Assembly: GCA_032718475.1 (NCBI GenBank)
Contig: JAUCBJ010000597.1
Span: forward strand, 25,329 to 89,328
DNA length: 64,000 nt
From: Nemertoderma westbladi
Taxonomy: Eukaryota > Animalia > Xenacoelomorpha
Reading direction: 5' to 3'
How positions within the stretch are numbered: the first letter of the stretch is position 1; the number at the start of each line of letters is the position of its first letter. Both the position numbers and the translations under genes were made by a program. The notes under the pieces are model-generated. The model was not told the origin of the DNA. It was given only the letters and a program-made list of their open reading frames with translations, and ran no database searches. Below are positions 1-11,209 of the stretch, piece after piece.

Positions 1-666
1 TATAGTAAGTGGGTTGCAGACGTTTGTTATAAAGTCTTTAACATGATAGACTATTACAGACGCAACAACTAAAAAAGGTGAATAAACACAGACTAACGGT
101 GGCTACCAATATTGTCAAGCAATAAGTTGCGGGGGCGAGCCGCGAAGTGAGAATAAGGTATTTATAATATTATTTTAATTTGATTATTCTACCTATGGGG
201 CGAGCCATGAAGTGAGTGATAGCATCGAAGTAAGGTTATTGTATTTATACTTATCACTACGCAACAAGTTGTGGGGCGAGCCACGAAGTGAGTATAAGGT
301 TATGGTATTTATAATATTATTTTAATTTGATTATTCTACCTATGGGGCGAGCCATGAAGTGAGTGATAGCATCGAAGTAAGGTTATTGTATTTATAATAT
401 TATTATTTTAATTTGATCATTTACTTAAATCCGGCACCGCTTTATTTAAAAATTTCTCCCACCATCCACCCGCTTATCCTGCTATCACCATCCGCCCAAT
501 CTTCTTCCTCATCCTCAACATCATTACCACCACCACCATCACCCAACATCCCCATCATTCTTTCCAACATTGAAAAAATGGGGCGAGCCATGAAGCGAGT
601 GAAGCCTTAGCATATGGGTGCCATTAATGAGTTGTGGGGCGAGCTACGACGAAGTAAGGTTATTGT
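1..666. repeat. Left terminal inverted repeat (visible part)
   Basis: Near-identical reverse complement of 18220-18886, with a few substitutions and one 1-bp indel. Contains internal ~150-bp direct repeats with a recurring GGGGCGAGC motif. Confidence 0.95.
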
Positions 667-752
667 ATTTATAATATTATCATTATACCAACAAATTTGA
701 TTATTATACTTAAATCCATCACCATTACTATTTTAAAATTTCTTCCACCACC

Positions 753-1187
753 TCACCCATTTATCCCGCTATCCTCGCTATCTACATCCTCCACATTATT
801 ACCATTACCACCACCACCATCACCCAACATCCCCATCATTCCTTCTAACATCTCAATCCTTTCTTTCATCACCTTCTCCTGTGCACACCTCTCAGCCTCC
901 CTCGTTCTCCTAACCCCCTCAGCCTCCATCTCCAACTCCCAATCTTCACCCCACGCACTGTTCTTTCTCGCCTCTTCCTCCAAATAATGGTTCTTCTCTA
1001 TCTCCTCCCACTCATTTCTTGGATTTAACAACCTCTCCAACCGCGCTTCTTCTTTCTCCCTCGCATACATAGCCACCAATATTGCTTCATTCTCCTTCGC
1101 TATTTCAGCCACCACATCCACATCTTCCACCTCTTCCCCCACATCCATATCTACTTCATCCACCACAAGTTCATTTTCCCCCAACAT
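753..1187 (-). CDS. Maverick acidic/coiled-coil hypothetical protein (144 aa)
   Basis: ATG-initiated ORF in AT-rich flanks, E/D/R-rich. Its 3' end is duplicated inside the TIRs. Confidence 0.6.
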   Translation of the reverse strand: MLGENELVVDEVDMDVGEEVEDVDVVAEIAKENEAILVAMYAREKEEARLERLLNPRNEWEEIEKNHYLEEEARKNSAWGEDWELEMEAEGVRRTREAERCAQEKVMKERIEMLEGMMGMLGDGGGGNGNNVEDVDSEDSGING

Positions 1188-1419
1188 ATCCGTGTATAAT
1201 AAATAAAATAAAGTAATAAATATATAAATATGTGTATAATAATGTATAATACTATAAATAAATTTATATAATATTTATTTCAATCGATAATTCATTATAC
1301 CAACAAATAATTTACCACCACAAAATAATAATAATAATTTAACCGTGCCCGGCTTTTTGCGGCGACACCGCCTACGAACATGGTCTATTTATATAATAAA
1401 GTTTCTACCGCTCGAAGAT

Positions 1420-2712
1420 TCACACTGAATGTTTATTCTTCTTTATTTGAGGTTGCCCATTAGTCTCGATTTCATTGAAAATGTCTTCGCCATCATCCGT
1501 ATCATTGACGATGTCCTCTTCAAAGTTGCTGATATCTTCATACTCATAGCTAGGTGTTTTATTCACGATGAGATCAATTTTTCGCTTAAGCGCTTGTTCT
1601 TTCATGGCTTTAGGTGTTTTCATCTTCATCTGAGCGCTCACACCCCCAACGAGGGTATCAATATCCTTATAATCATTCTTTTTTTCAGCGCCGTCTACCC
1701 GCTCATTTTCTGCAATCGCGGGCAACCAGATTTTTTTCTCATCCATTTTCTTAGCAGCGACTTTTACTGCTTCGGACGTCTTCAGCTGACTAGCGTTGTC
1801 CGGCATTTCCACTTTCATTAGTTCCTCGTCCACTAATTCATCAATCGCAGCCTCAACAACTAACTTTTTAATCGGTAGAAACTCACACCCAGACGGAATA
1901 TCGTGGCCCACGTACTTCTGTAATTCCTTAATTATCTTGACATTTGCGTTGTTTCGAGGGATGAAAATAGCCTTGGTGTCGAAGTTGTGGGACAAATATA
2001 TCCCGTTTTCGTTAATGATCGATCTGTACCTTACACTAACCTCGTCGATATTCTCCTTAACATTCTTATCTATGTTAAAGTCGAGCAAACAGAATTCATC
2101 CGCTCTGAGATTCAACCCATCGTAATATAGAACACCCTTCCGCTGTTTACCTATATCATCCGCTTCCCAAACGCTGACAAATCGTTGCCCTTCAAAGTCG
2201 TAGATATATCCAATGTACCCACAATCTTCGAACTCCATAAAATTCTCATCATGAATTTCCTTCTTTTTTGGTTCAATACGGGAAAGAACGACTTTGCCGT
2301 AGATGCTTTGTAAGACATCTAGAATTTTTCGCGAGATAAAAATTTATGCACCGTTTTTCCCAATGCGTAAGTACGCATGATTTATTGGTGTTATAAGCAA
2401 ATTGCCTCTGGTGTATTCCTTGTAATATTCAATGGCTATTTTATTATAATTGAGGAAGTCAAACAGGAATCTTATGTTCTGGTAAGTAAGACTTACCGAT
2501 TCTTGCACGACGTTGCGTCCTTTTGTATCACCCCAACGGCTGAATCGAACGTATTTCCCGTTAAATGCTTTTATTTCTATTCCTTCACCCAAACACTCGA
2601 GGCCCCACACACTCTTACCTGTAATCACCGATACGTATGGGGCGGGCGTGCTATCAGTAGAGCTACCGCTTAATGACATCATTTTTGGTTGTGATGGTTT
2701 CGCAGATTCCAT
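1420..2712 (-). pseudogene. Maverick protein (~430 codons) with possible N-terminal PC4-like domain, split by one in-frame TAA at 2344-2346
   Basis: ORFs 2344-2718 and 1420-2238 are in the same frame, joined by 35 open codons (IFISRKILDVLQSIYGKVVLSRIEPKKKEIHDENF). The N-terminal IEIKAFNGKYVRFSRW...VSLTYQNIRFL resembles the PC4 pattern. Confidence 0.6.
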
Positions 2713-2923
2713 CAACAAATTTTGTGAAATATTAATAATTAAGTGTAAAAATACAATAATATTGCGCTATACAATGTGCGAAAAATATGAAATAATGAAT
2801 TAACCCGAATGACAAAATAAAGTATTTTACGACGTATTTATAATATAATGATGGGCTATCGGGAAAACGGGTATAATTTAACCACTCAACCGGATTAATC
2901 GCTATTGTCCTGAGAGAATTTTT

Positions 2924-2949
2924 TTTGAAAAACTTCCTATAAATTTCGA
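2924..2949 (+). promoter_or_regulatory. Putative viral promoter motif, copy 1 (TTTGAAAAACTTCCTATAAATTTCGA)
   Basis: Exact 26-bp match to 17627-17652. Contains TATAAA and lies in the divergent intergenic region upstream of the main + strand gene block. Confidence 0.5.
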
Positions 2950-3413
2950 GGGAAATATTTATTTACGCTTAAATTGGTTGACGTAAGTGGTAACAGCTTG
3001 CGGCGGCGATTAATGCGGCCTATATAAATTTTTATAGACACACCCTCAAAATTCCGCAGAATATTACTCACGGTTAAATTGATTGACGTCAACTGTATTA
3101 ACTGTGTAGCTTCTTAGAAGTTTCATAATTTTAAGCATGAGCGAATTTAATTTAATGTCGGGATCTCAAACTTTCTCTCACAACAGATATTTTTCTGTAA
3201 TCATTTACTAAAAACGAACGATTGCGGCGCGCGAACGGCGTTTTAAAGACACACCCATTATAAATATACCCATTGGTCAAAATATTATTGATTAAGCAAC
3301 ATGACAATACTGGGGCAGCTTGAGTCTATAGATAAGATCATTTTTTCAAATATATTATTCATTGTTACCTTTCTTTTAGGAATTTTTTAGGTAAAATACG
3401 CCATAATAAAAAA

Positions 3414-3932
3414 ATGTTTCCAATAATACAAGCTGAAAATAGTTACCGCGGTCCTAATTCAATTATTCCAATTAAAATTGAATTGTTAAGCCCGGCAGCT
3501 CGGGCACCTGTATGCGGTTCATATAGCCCAGCTGGGATTGACATATATAGCGCCGTGAATAGAACAATAGAGCCGCACTCACGGATGTTAATTGAGACGG
3601 GTGTTAAAATATATTTACCCGCCAATTATTTTGGAAGAATTACACCGACTTTTAGCTTGACAAAAATTGGCATCGATGTTGCAGAATGTGCGGTTGATTC
3701 CGGCATTGCGCGCGGTAATATAGATCAACTTGTAATTATATTGATTAACAACACATCTAAGGAATACGTTGTAACATCGGGCGATAAAATATGCCAGCTT
3801 ATATGCCAACAATGTAATGCTGCAATACTCTACATTTCTAATATTTATTCGGATGATTATTTTGGGCTTTTACCGACGAATTTAACGCCGTATGGGGAAG
3901 AGATTAATTCGACATTTTACCGCGCATATTAA
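3414..3932 (+). CDS. dUTPase-like protein with degenerate motifs
   Basis: Motif 1 AGIDI and motif 4 GDKICQL are recognisable, along with LIETGVKIYLP..YFGRI. Motif 2 RS is replaced by TF, motif 3 lacks the Tyr, and motif 5 is absent. Confidence 0.85.
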   Translation: MFPIIQAENSYRGPNSIIPIKIELLSPAARAPVCGSYSPAGIDIYSAVNRTIEPHSRMLIETGVKIYLPANYFGRITPTFSLTKIGIDVAECAVDSGIARGNIDQLVIILINNTSKEYVVTSGDKICQLICQQCNAAILYISNIYSDDYFGLLPTNLTPYGEEINSTFYRAY

Positions 3933-4225
3933 ATATGTGACATTAAACGCATAACACCAAACTCGGGTGGTGACACATGTCAATACTATTTCAATACTCT
4001 TACACGCGATTATACAACATAGTTAATAGAGCATATAAATAGGATAATGTCAGTTCAGTAAATTTTGGTTGGTTAAACGGTTTCTAGCGTGGGTGGCTGG
4101 TTGACTGGGTATTGGATATATTTATCTACATAAAATCTGCCGCATCTCTTTCATCGGCATATTGTAAATATGTTTTCTGTACCTACGTTAATAAATATAT
4201 TATAATCGTAATAATAATAATTATA

Positions 4226-7200
4226 ATGATGGAGATTAATTGCGTTTTTTGCGGTTGTACTATACTTAAGAAAAATTATTTACGGCATTTACGCGCACAT
4301 TTCGATGGGTATGTTTGCGATAATTGTAATTGCCGAACTACTTCTGAAAGAATAGCAATATTTCACAGTAATAGATGTTGCGGGTTGTCTCGCCCGAATT
4401 ACACCTACTGCGGTTACACGCTATCCTGCCCGACATGCTCTGATGATTTTGAAAACTTCGATTCATATATCGAACATAGTTGCCATCAAAACCATTACAA
4501 TTCCCGCAAACGCAAACATAACCAAAAACAATCAGAACCGACATTTCAACCGGATCTCAACCTTGGTTCGCCTGTAAGCATTACAAACAGTTCAGATACA
4601 CCCAACGAAGGTTTTTATCTCTCAAAAACATGTCACGAATCACGCGTTCAGGAATATACCCATAATGTGTCATCTAATGAGATGTATCCGGATGTGCCGA
4701 ATTATTTAAATTATATGGGGTTATATGCTTCGCGCGCTTTTAACACGGCGGCATCGGCTTTTATTGATATGTTTTATAAAGTGTGGGTAATTGCTTCAGT
4801 GATAATGAAACGTGATGATGCTAATTATACTCTAGAAGAAGAATTCCATTTTACTTCGATCGGTACAGATAATTATATTGAAAATAGCTCGGATTTTGAC
4901 GAATGGTACTACACAGTCATTTCCCATATCGGTGAAAAAATATCGCAATTTATTAGGCGGGGTAGCGGCTGGAAACTTGTAACTCTATCGCGCATCAAAC
5001 TTACTATTGCGTCATACTTGCGATCGGTATATCGTTTTGGACATAGCGGTGATGCCAACCAATCAATCCCGACAAAATTAAAAAATAAACATTGTATAAT
5101 AAATGTACCATGTAATGAAGGTGAATGTTTTAAGTGGGCGGTCCTGACAGCAAAATTTTCAAAACATATATCGGATGATCACACACTGCGCCATGTTTCA
5201 CGCCAAAGTTCTTATAATCAGTATTTAGGGTTTTTTAATTTAAGCGAATTAGACTCTACCCTATCATGGAAACTAAATATTCTAAAGTTTGAAAAAAATA
5301 ATCCAAATTATTTAATAAATTTATTGTATTTTGATAGAAGTAGTGAAAAAATTTCCTTTCTACGGCAACCGAGCGCTAAAAAAGCTGAAGGTAAAAGATT
5401 GCTAAATTTATTGCTTATTGAACGTCAAAATTTAACCTCAACAAATCACATCGTCGGGGTTTCTAACTTAAATAGATTATTTAATGGTCGTGGGGAAGGC
5501 AATAGCGACCATCATTGTCATCGTTGTGAGCGGTGTATTTGCGGTTTCTACAGTCCAAATGCGTTAGAATGCCATAGATTAGGGTGTTGGCAAGGCGGGC
5601 GCCAAATAGAGGAGATGCCATCTAAACTGAATTTACGTTTTACTAATTACTATAAGTACACTATTTTAGTTAGTACTTATTAGTACACCTTTCATAGTAT
5701 ATATGGATTTCGAAGTGGTACTAGCCCCAACAAATAATGTAAAAAAATATTATATAGCCGAACATCTCCCGTCGGCTGTGTCATATTTGATTGTCTCCAA
5801 CGGTGAATTAATTAACCCCCCAAATTATTTTTTGTCTACATTTAGACAAAATATCGATAATAACTCGGTACAGAATTTTATTGATAGTCTGGTTTTTTAT
5901 TTATTTAAGTGTTATGAATGGTCTACCTTTAACACACACCACCCCAAACACCTGGATCACACACAATACCAAGCTTATATGCGTAACACAAATTGCTTTA
6001 ATTGTAAATCATTTTTTCGGGAAGATATAAATCCAAGTGTGATGCATCACAACCATTACAACGGGGCTTTCATTGGTGTGGCGTGTATTTCCTGTAATAA
6101 ACAATTAAGTGTTAAACGTCACCTATTCCCAGTTGTCTGTCATAATTTTTTTTTTATGATTCACATTTAATTTTACAAAAAGGGTTTGCCGGTAGTAAAT
6201 ATAAAAATTGGAACATTGAAACCATTGCAAAAAATACTGAAAGATATATCTCACTCCGCATCGATATTCCAATGTCAGAAGCACTTAGCGTTCTTGGTTA
6301 TGCTATTCCAGAAAAGGACGTAAGAGGGCTCCCAACCAGCAAATCAATAACTATACAGTTTATTGATTCATTCGCGTTTATGGGATTTTCCCTTTCTGCT
6401 TTGGCTGGGTTTTTGACAAAAGATGTGTCAGATTTAACAACCGTTATTCCACACACCGTGAAGCAAATGAGAAAATTATATCCAAATGTTACCAACGAAA
6501 TTTTATGCCGTAAGTCAGTTTTTCCTTACGAATATGTCGATTCCTTAAGTAAATTGGGGGATACTAAATTACCGCATCCAAAAGAGTTTTACAGTGAATT
6601 AACATTATCATCTATTAGCCCTGAAGAATATACATTTGCACATCTTTCGTGGGAGCAATTTCAATGTGAGACACTTTTTGATTATTTGGAAGCTTACTTA
6701 CATCTTGACGTGTTGCTGCTAGCCGATATTTTTGAAAATTTTCGCGCATATTGTACTAAACATTATTCGCTTGAGGTGTCGAACTATTACACGATGGCGG
6801 GGGTTAGTTGGGACGCGGCTTTGAGATTTTCCAAGCCACATATTCGTCTACTTGCAGACCATGAAATGTATTTAACATTCGAAAATTCCATTAGGGGCGG
6901 AGTTTCTTACACCAACCTTCATATGGCAAATGCGAATATACCAGGCACAGAAACATACGACCCTAATAAACCCGAAGCTCATTTATATAATTTAGATTTC
7001 AACAGTTTATATAGCGGTTCTTTGTCGGAGAAACTTCCTTATTCTGACTTTGAATGGTTGGATGTTGATAGTGTCGATATCATGAGTCTGGAAATTGACG
7101 AAATATATGGATACTTCGCAATTGTAGACCTTGAATACCCAATGACTATTCATGATGCCACAGCCGAGCTTCCATTTGCACCGGAGCATATTAAACTCGA

Positions 7201-8313
7201 TAGTAGGTATCTCAGTCCACACATGAAAAGTCTTTGGCGACATTATAATGGTGATAAAATTTTCAATAGCCCAGCAAAAAAATTGATGTTAACCCAATTT
7301 GATAAGTATGAGTACGGTGTGCATCTAAAATTATTGCGCTTTTATATTCATCATGGTATGCGCTTGATTAAAGTTCATAAACTTATTAGATTTAAGCAAG
7401 GTTACATTTTTAAGGATTTTATTGAATATAACACCCAGCAAAGAAAAATAGCAAGCAATGACTTTTATGATAAGTTTCACAAAGGAACAAATAACGCGCT
7501 TTTCGGGAAAAGCATGGAGAATATACGGGACCGTGTCTCATTTCGCTTATGTAATTCAATCGAGAAATGTGACTTATTATTATCCAAGCCGAATCACGAA
7601 AATTTAATTATGTTCACTGATTCATTATCGGGTCACGTCCTATCTAAGACTGCGGTTTGTTTGCATAAACCTATTTTTTTAGGGCAAGCTGTATTGGACC
7701 TGTCGAAGTTAGATTATTACAGTTTCTTCTACGAGAAATAAAGCCCCTGGAAGCCGAATTAAATTGTAGTATAAATTTGTTAGGTGGGGACACGGATTCT
7801 TTTTTTTTACAGTGTGTTGGTTTATCCCAACACCAATTTTTATCTGCGTTACAATCAAAAAAAGTTTTAGACTGTTCAAATTATCCTATTACACATCCGT
7901 TGTATACAGTAGAACAGAAAGGGAAATATAGATATTTAAAGGATGAAGGGAAGTCTATCCCGTTTGACCAGGTTATTTTACTTAGACCAAAATGTTATAG
8001 CTTTCGTGGGGGGTTAGTTCCAAAACGTGTCGCTAAAGGCGTAGGAAAAATGGTTATAAAAAAGAAACTCTCCCACGAATCATATTTAAAAGTATATAAC
8101 GAGGTTAGCGAGCATTATGAATACAGTCAAAGGTTTCAATCTAATTTACATAAAATATACACCGTTTCACAAAGAAAAAATTCGCTAACACTGTGGGAAG
8201 ATAAAAGGTACTACACATCGACTAATGAAAGTCTACCTTACGGCCATTATAAAACACATTTGGATCGTAAAGCGCCCGCCCCTAAGCTTTATATGCCGCC
8301 CATTATAGAATAG
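4226..8313 (+). pseudogene. polB: Protein-primed family B DNA polymerase (pPolB) with N-terminal zinc fingers and an endonuclease VII-like insert; three frameshifts (~5670, ~6150, ~7738)
   Basis: RGSGW, exoI PFIVYMDFE, CxxC..HHNHYNGAFIGVACISCN, exoII HN...YDSHLI, FIDSF, KSVFPYEY, DVLLLADIFE, motif A LDFNSLY, motif B KGTNNALFGK, motif C DTDS, LRPKCY, DKRY...SLPYGHY. Confidence 0.95.
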
Positions 8314-8322
8314 CGGATTGCG

Positions 8323-8883
8323 ATGTCTTTTAGTGTTGTCAACAGTAATATAAGTTTGAGGTTGGTTGATGGGTGCATATCATTCGATGTGCTGGCTAAA
8401 CGAATTCGAAATGGAAAACTCATCTTAAAGCCTTTTCAATATATCGCCAAAATTTGCGGATGGACGTGTCTCTTTTTCCCGAGCGGTAAGGTCACTGTAC
8501 TCGGTAAATCGCCTAAAATAAAAAAAATTATTAAGTATATATATAAGCATACTGATTATAAACTAACTTTTATTTCAATCAATAGCCAAACTTACATTAT
8601 TAACAATCTAGACATAGACTATAGCAAATTAATGAAAACGGTCGGGTTTCATTTTTTAGATAATTATTATAATGTGGAGGTGAAATATGAGCCGGAGATA
8701 TTTAATAATATTCTTGTGCAGTTTTATCGTCGGGGTAAAACTAGTTCTAATATCATAACATTTTGCGTTTTTTACACACGAAATGTTGTGTGTATGGCAA
8801 GACCCAGGATATTTCGAGTATTTTTTCCAAAGTTTTTGAATTTTATCGGTAATTTAGATAGTCATTTAGGTAGAAATATTTAA
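8323..8883 (+). CDS. TATA-binding protein (TBP)-like protein, 186 aa
   Basis: Two TBP-like repeats: VVN...ISFDVLAKRIRN...TCLFFPSGKVTVLG (cf. TALIFSSGKMVCTG) and KYEPEIFNNILV...TFCVFYTRNVVCMA (cf. SYEPELFPGLIY...VLLIFVSGKVVLTG). Confidence 0.75.
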   Translation: MSFSVVNSNISLRLVDGCISFDVLAKRIRNGKLILKPFQYIAKICGWTCLFFPSGKVTVLGKSPKIKKIIKYIYKHTDYKLTFISINSQTYIINNLDIDYSKLMKTVGFHFLDNYYNVEVKYEPEIFNNILVQFYRRGKTSSNIITFCVFYTRNVVCMARPRIFRVFFPKFLNFIGNLDSHLGRNI

Positions 8884-9313
8884 TATTTAATTTTTTCATT
8901 TCTGGCACCAGTTTTAGGTTTGTCCGGTGGGATCTCGTTAGGTTTTTAAATAAACGCGGATATTAACATTATTCACATTATATATAACGTGTTTTATCGG
9001 TAGTCTTAGGTTGTCAAGGGCGTCAATTTCATTTCTGATGTCGGTTTATATTTACATAAATCTAGTCTATCTGTCTATTTGTCGGTCTTTCTGTCAGTCA
9101 GTATGTCAAAATTAATTCATTGTTCGCGTTATATAATGTATTTTATTAATTATTATTGATGTTAGGTTTTAAAGAGTGCCGGTTTCTATAATTGCTCTGT
9201 TTTATCGCGTGAAAAACCCCACCCACGCATATAATCGATACTATTTATAACGGTGGTGGTGTTTTATTACTTACAATTATTGTTCTCGTTTATATAAGTT
9301 ATTAATATATGTA

Positions 9314-9775
9314 ATGAAATCACTCAAAGCTTTAATTAAACAATTTGACGGGGATTTAAAGTTCTTATCTAACGCCTCCCTCAACCGTAGAAAAACCTTC
9401 TTACGCGTCGGCGGAACCGACGAACTTATAAGTTTTCTAATTAATATTATTCTAAATGTATTAAATGGTAACGTAAAAATTCCTGAGCAAACAATCGTGA
9501 GGTTAAAATGCCATAAAAAAACAATACGCGAGATTGCTAAAAAACCAAAAGCCAAGTATCCCATTCGAATTTATCGTAAACGATTGGTGCAAAGGGGCGG
9601 ATTTATAAATCTACTAATCTCTGGTTTAATGAGTGGGCTTAACGCTTATCAGAAAATATCACCCATAATAATGGCTGTAAGAGGCAGAAAATTAGCCCAA
9701 TCCCGCCGGGGGTATAGACCTAGTACCTCTGGTACACGCGTCAACCGTCAAGTTTCTAGGTTTCCCATCTACTGA
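9314..9775 (+). CDS. Conserved Maverick small basic protein with QxGG followed by a hydrophobic/amphipathic segment
   Basis: The pattern RRKTFL...ILNVLNGNV.I...LKCHKKTIREIA...LVQRGGFINLLI is typical of the small gene next to the Maverick ATPase. Confidence 0.75.
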   Translation: MKSLKALIKQFDGDLKFLSNASLNRRKTFLRVGGTDELISFLINIILNVLNGNVKIPEQTIVRLKCHKKTIREIAKKPKAKYPIRIYRKRLVQRGGFINLLISGLMSGLNAYQKISPIIMAVRGRKLAQSRRGYRPSTSGTRVNRQVSRFPIY

Positions 9776-9792
9776 GTGGCTACCTATCAACA

Positions 9793-10503
9793 ATGTCCCG
9801 AGAGCCGACGATATCGCAGGAACCAATCACATCATACGACGCCTCTTTCAAGATGGGTTCGGCCATGATTATTGCGGGTCCAAGTTCTTCCGGAAAAACA
9901 GTGCTGGTATCAAAAATTGTAAAAAATAAAAATTTAGTTTTTGATATAACCCCGAAGCGTGTATTATTCTTTTATGGCGCCACCCCACCAGAATTCCCAG
10001 GTATAACACATCTATTCAAAGGTTTACCGCAAAAAATTAATTCTATTTTCCGCGAAAACGATCTAATTATTATAGACGACTTGTTAAGCGAAAGTAAGAG
10101 TGATGAGAGTTTGACAGAAAGCTTCACAAAAACCTGCCATCATACTTCCTGTTTCATTATCTATATAACACAAAATTTCTTCAGTAAAGGGGCGGAAACA
10201 CGGACTAGAAGTCTAAATGCCCAATATTGTATTTTCACAAAAAATCCCCGCGACGCAAGTCAAATAAGCTATATAGCGCGGCAAGTGTACCCAAAAAATA
10301 GCAATTTTATTGTTCAAGCATATAGTGACGCCACACAAAAACCATTCACACACCTTCTCTTAGACTTTCATCAAAAAACGGATGATAGTATAAGAGTTAG
10401 GGGTGATATTTTCAACCCATTAGGGCAAACTGTTTATCAACCCACGAATATGAACTCTAACACACCTCACCAACGCCCTGAGGCTCAGTCTATACCTCAG
10501 TAG
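9793..10503 (+). CDS. Genome packaging ATPase (A32/FtsK-HerA family)
   Basis: Walker A IIAGPSSSGKT, Walker B LIIIDDLL, IIYITQN, RTRSLNAQY..FTKNPRD. Confidence 0.95.
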   Translation: MSREPTISQEPITSYDASFKMGSAMIIAGPSSSGKTVLVSKIVKNKNLVFDITPKRVLFFYGATPPEFPGITHLFKGLPQKINSIFRENDLIIIDDLLSESKSDESLTESFTKTCHHTSCFIIYITQNFFSKGAETRTRSLNAQYCIFTKNPRDASQISYIARQVYPKNSNFIVQAYSDATQKPFTHLLLDFHQKTDDSIRVRGDIFNPLGQTVYQPTNMNSNTPHQRPEAQSIPQ

Positions 10504-10629
10504 AGACGCCGCGCTAAAACCATTTTCACACCTTGTTTAGACTTTCACCAAAATTAGGTTATTATCGGTCCATGAACGTGAACTCCAGTACAGTATATAG
10601 TATTAATATATTAATAATGATATATAACG

Positions 10630-11091
10630 ATGAAAAATAACGAGATTAGCCTCGGAAATTTTAAGAAGTTGTATCTAGTTTCTACTTTATTAACGGATAC
10701 TTATAATAATAATAATAAGAAAAGCAATAATATAATACAACCGCTAGATGGTGTGACAATTTCATCCCAGAAAGCCAAACGATTGTTGAGTTATTTGATG
10801 CGATTCTCGCGAGACAGAGTATGGTGGAGTGATAATAATAAACTCTATATAGAAAATAAACTTATACCCGGAGCGAATATTGATCATTTGATTGAATTGC
10901 TGACTACAAAAAAAAATAAGAAAAACACCAAAATAATTCCAGGACAAGCAACATTTTTGGGGTTATTAAAACGATTAAGGATACCAAAACGATTAATTGG
11001 TCGCGGTTGGTTGAAACGGCAAAGGGTCCGTGTGACCCCTTCCAACGCAAAACGCGTCGACGCGTGGAAACAATACGTAGGACTACAATAA
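10630..11091 (+). CDS. Conserved Maverick uncharacterised protein
   Basis: The pattern KAKRLL..L...W...KLYIENKLIPGANIDHLI...PGQATFL..L..L.IP..LIG recurs in Maverick genes located between ATPase and integrase. Confidence 0.7.
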   Translation: MKNNEISLGNFKKLYLVSTLLTDTYNNNNKKSNNIIQPLDGVTISSQKAKRLLSYLMRFSRDRVWWSDNNKLYIENKLIPGANIDHLIELLTTKKNKKNTKIIPGQATFLGLLKRLRIPKRLIGRGWLKRQRVRVTPSNAKRVDAWKQYVGLQ

Positions 11092-11209
11092 ATCGACATG
11101 CGGAAACAAAACGCGGGATAACATTAAAATAGTAGTATGTTTTTTGAACGTTTCATATTAAGTATTAACTGCCATTGCAAGTGTTTTCTGCCGCGACACG
11201 ACACAACCG

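Noticed and set aside
413-987. Pro/Ser-rich + strand ORFs 413-610 and 697-987
   Set aside because: Antisense shadows of the acidic - strand gene and its TIR duplicate.
4112-4225. Listed start of the pPolB ORF at 4112
   Set aside because: It is a TTG start followed by AT-rich poly-Ile sequence; ATG 4226 before the zinc finger is more plausible.
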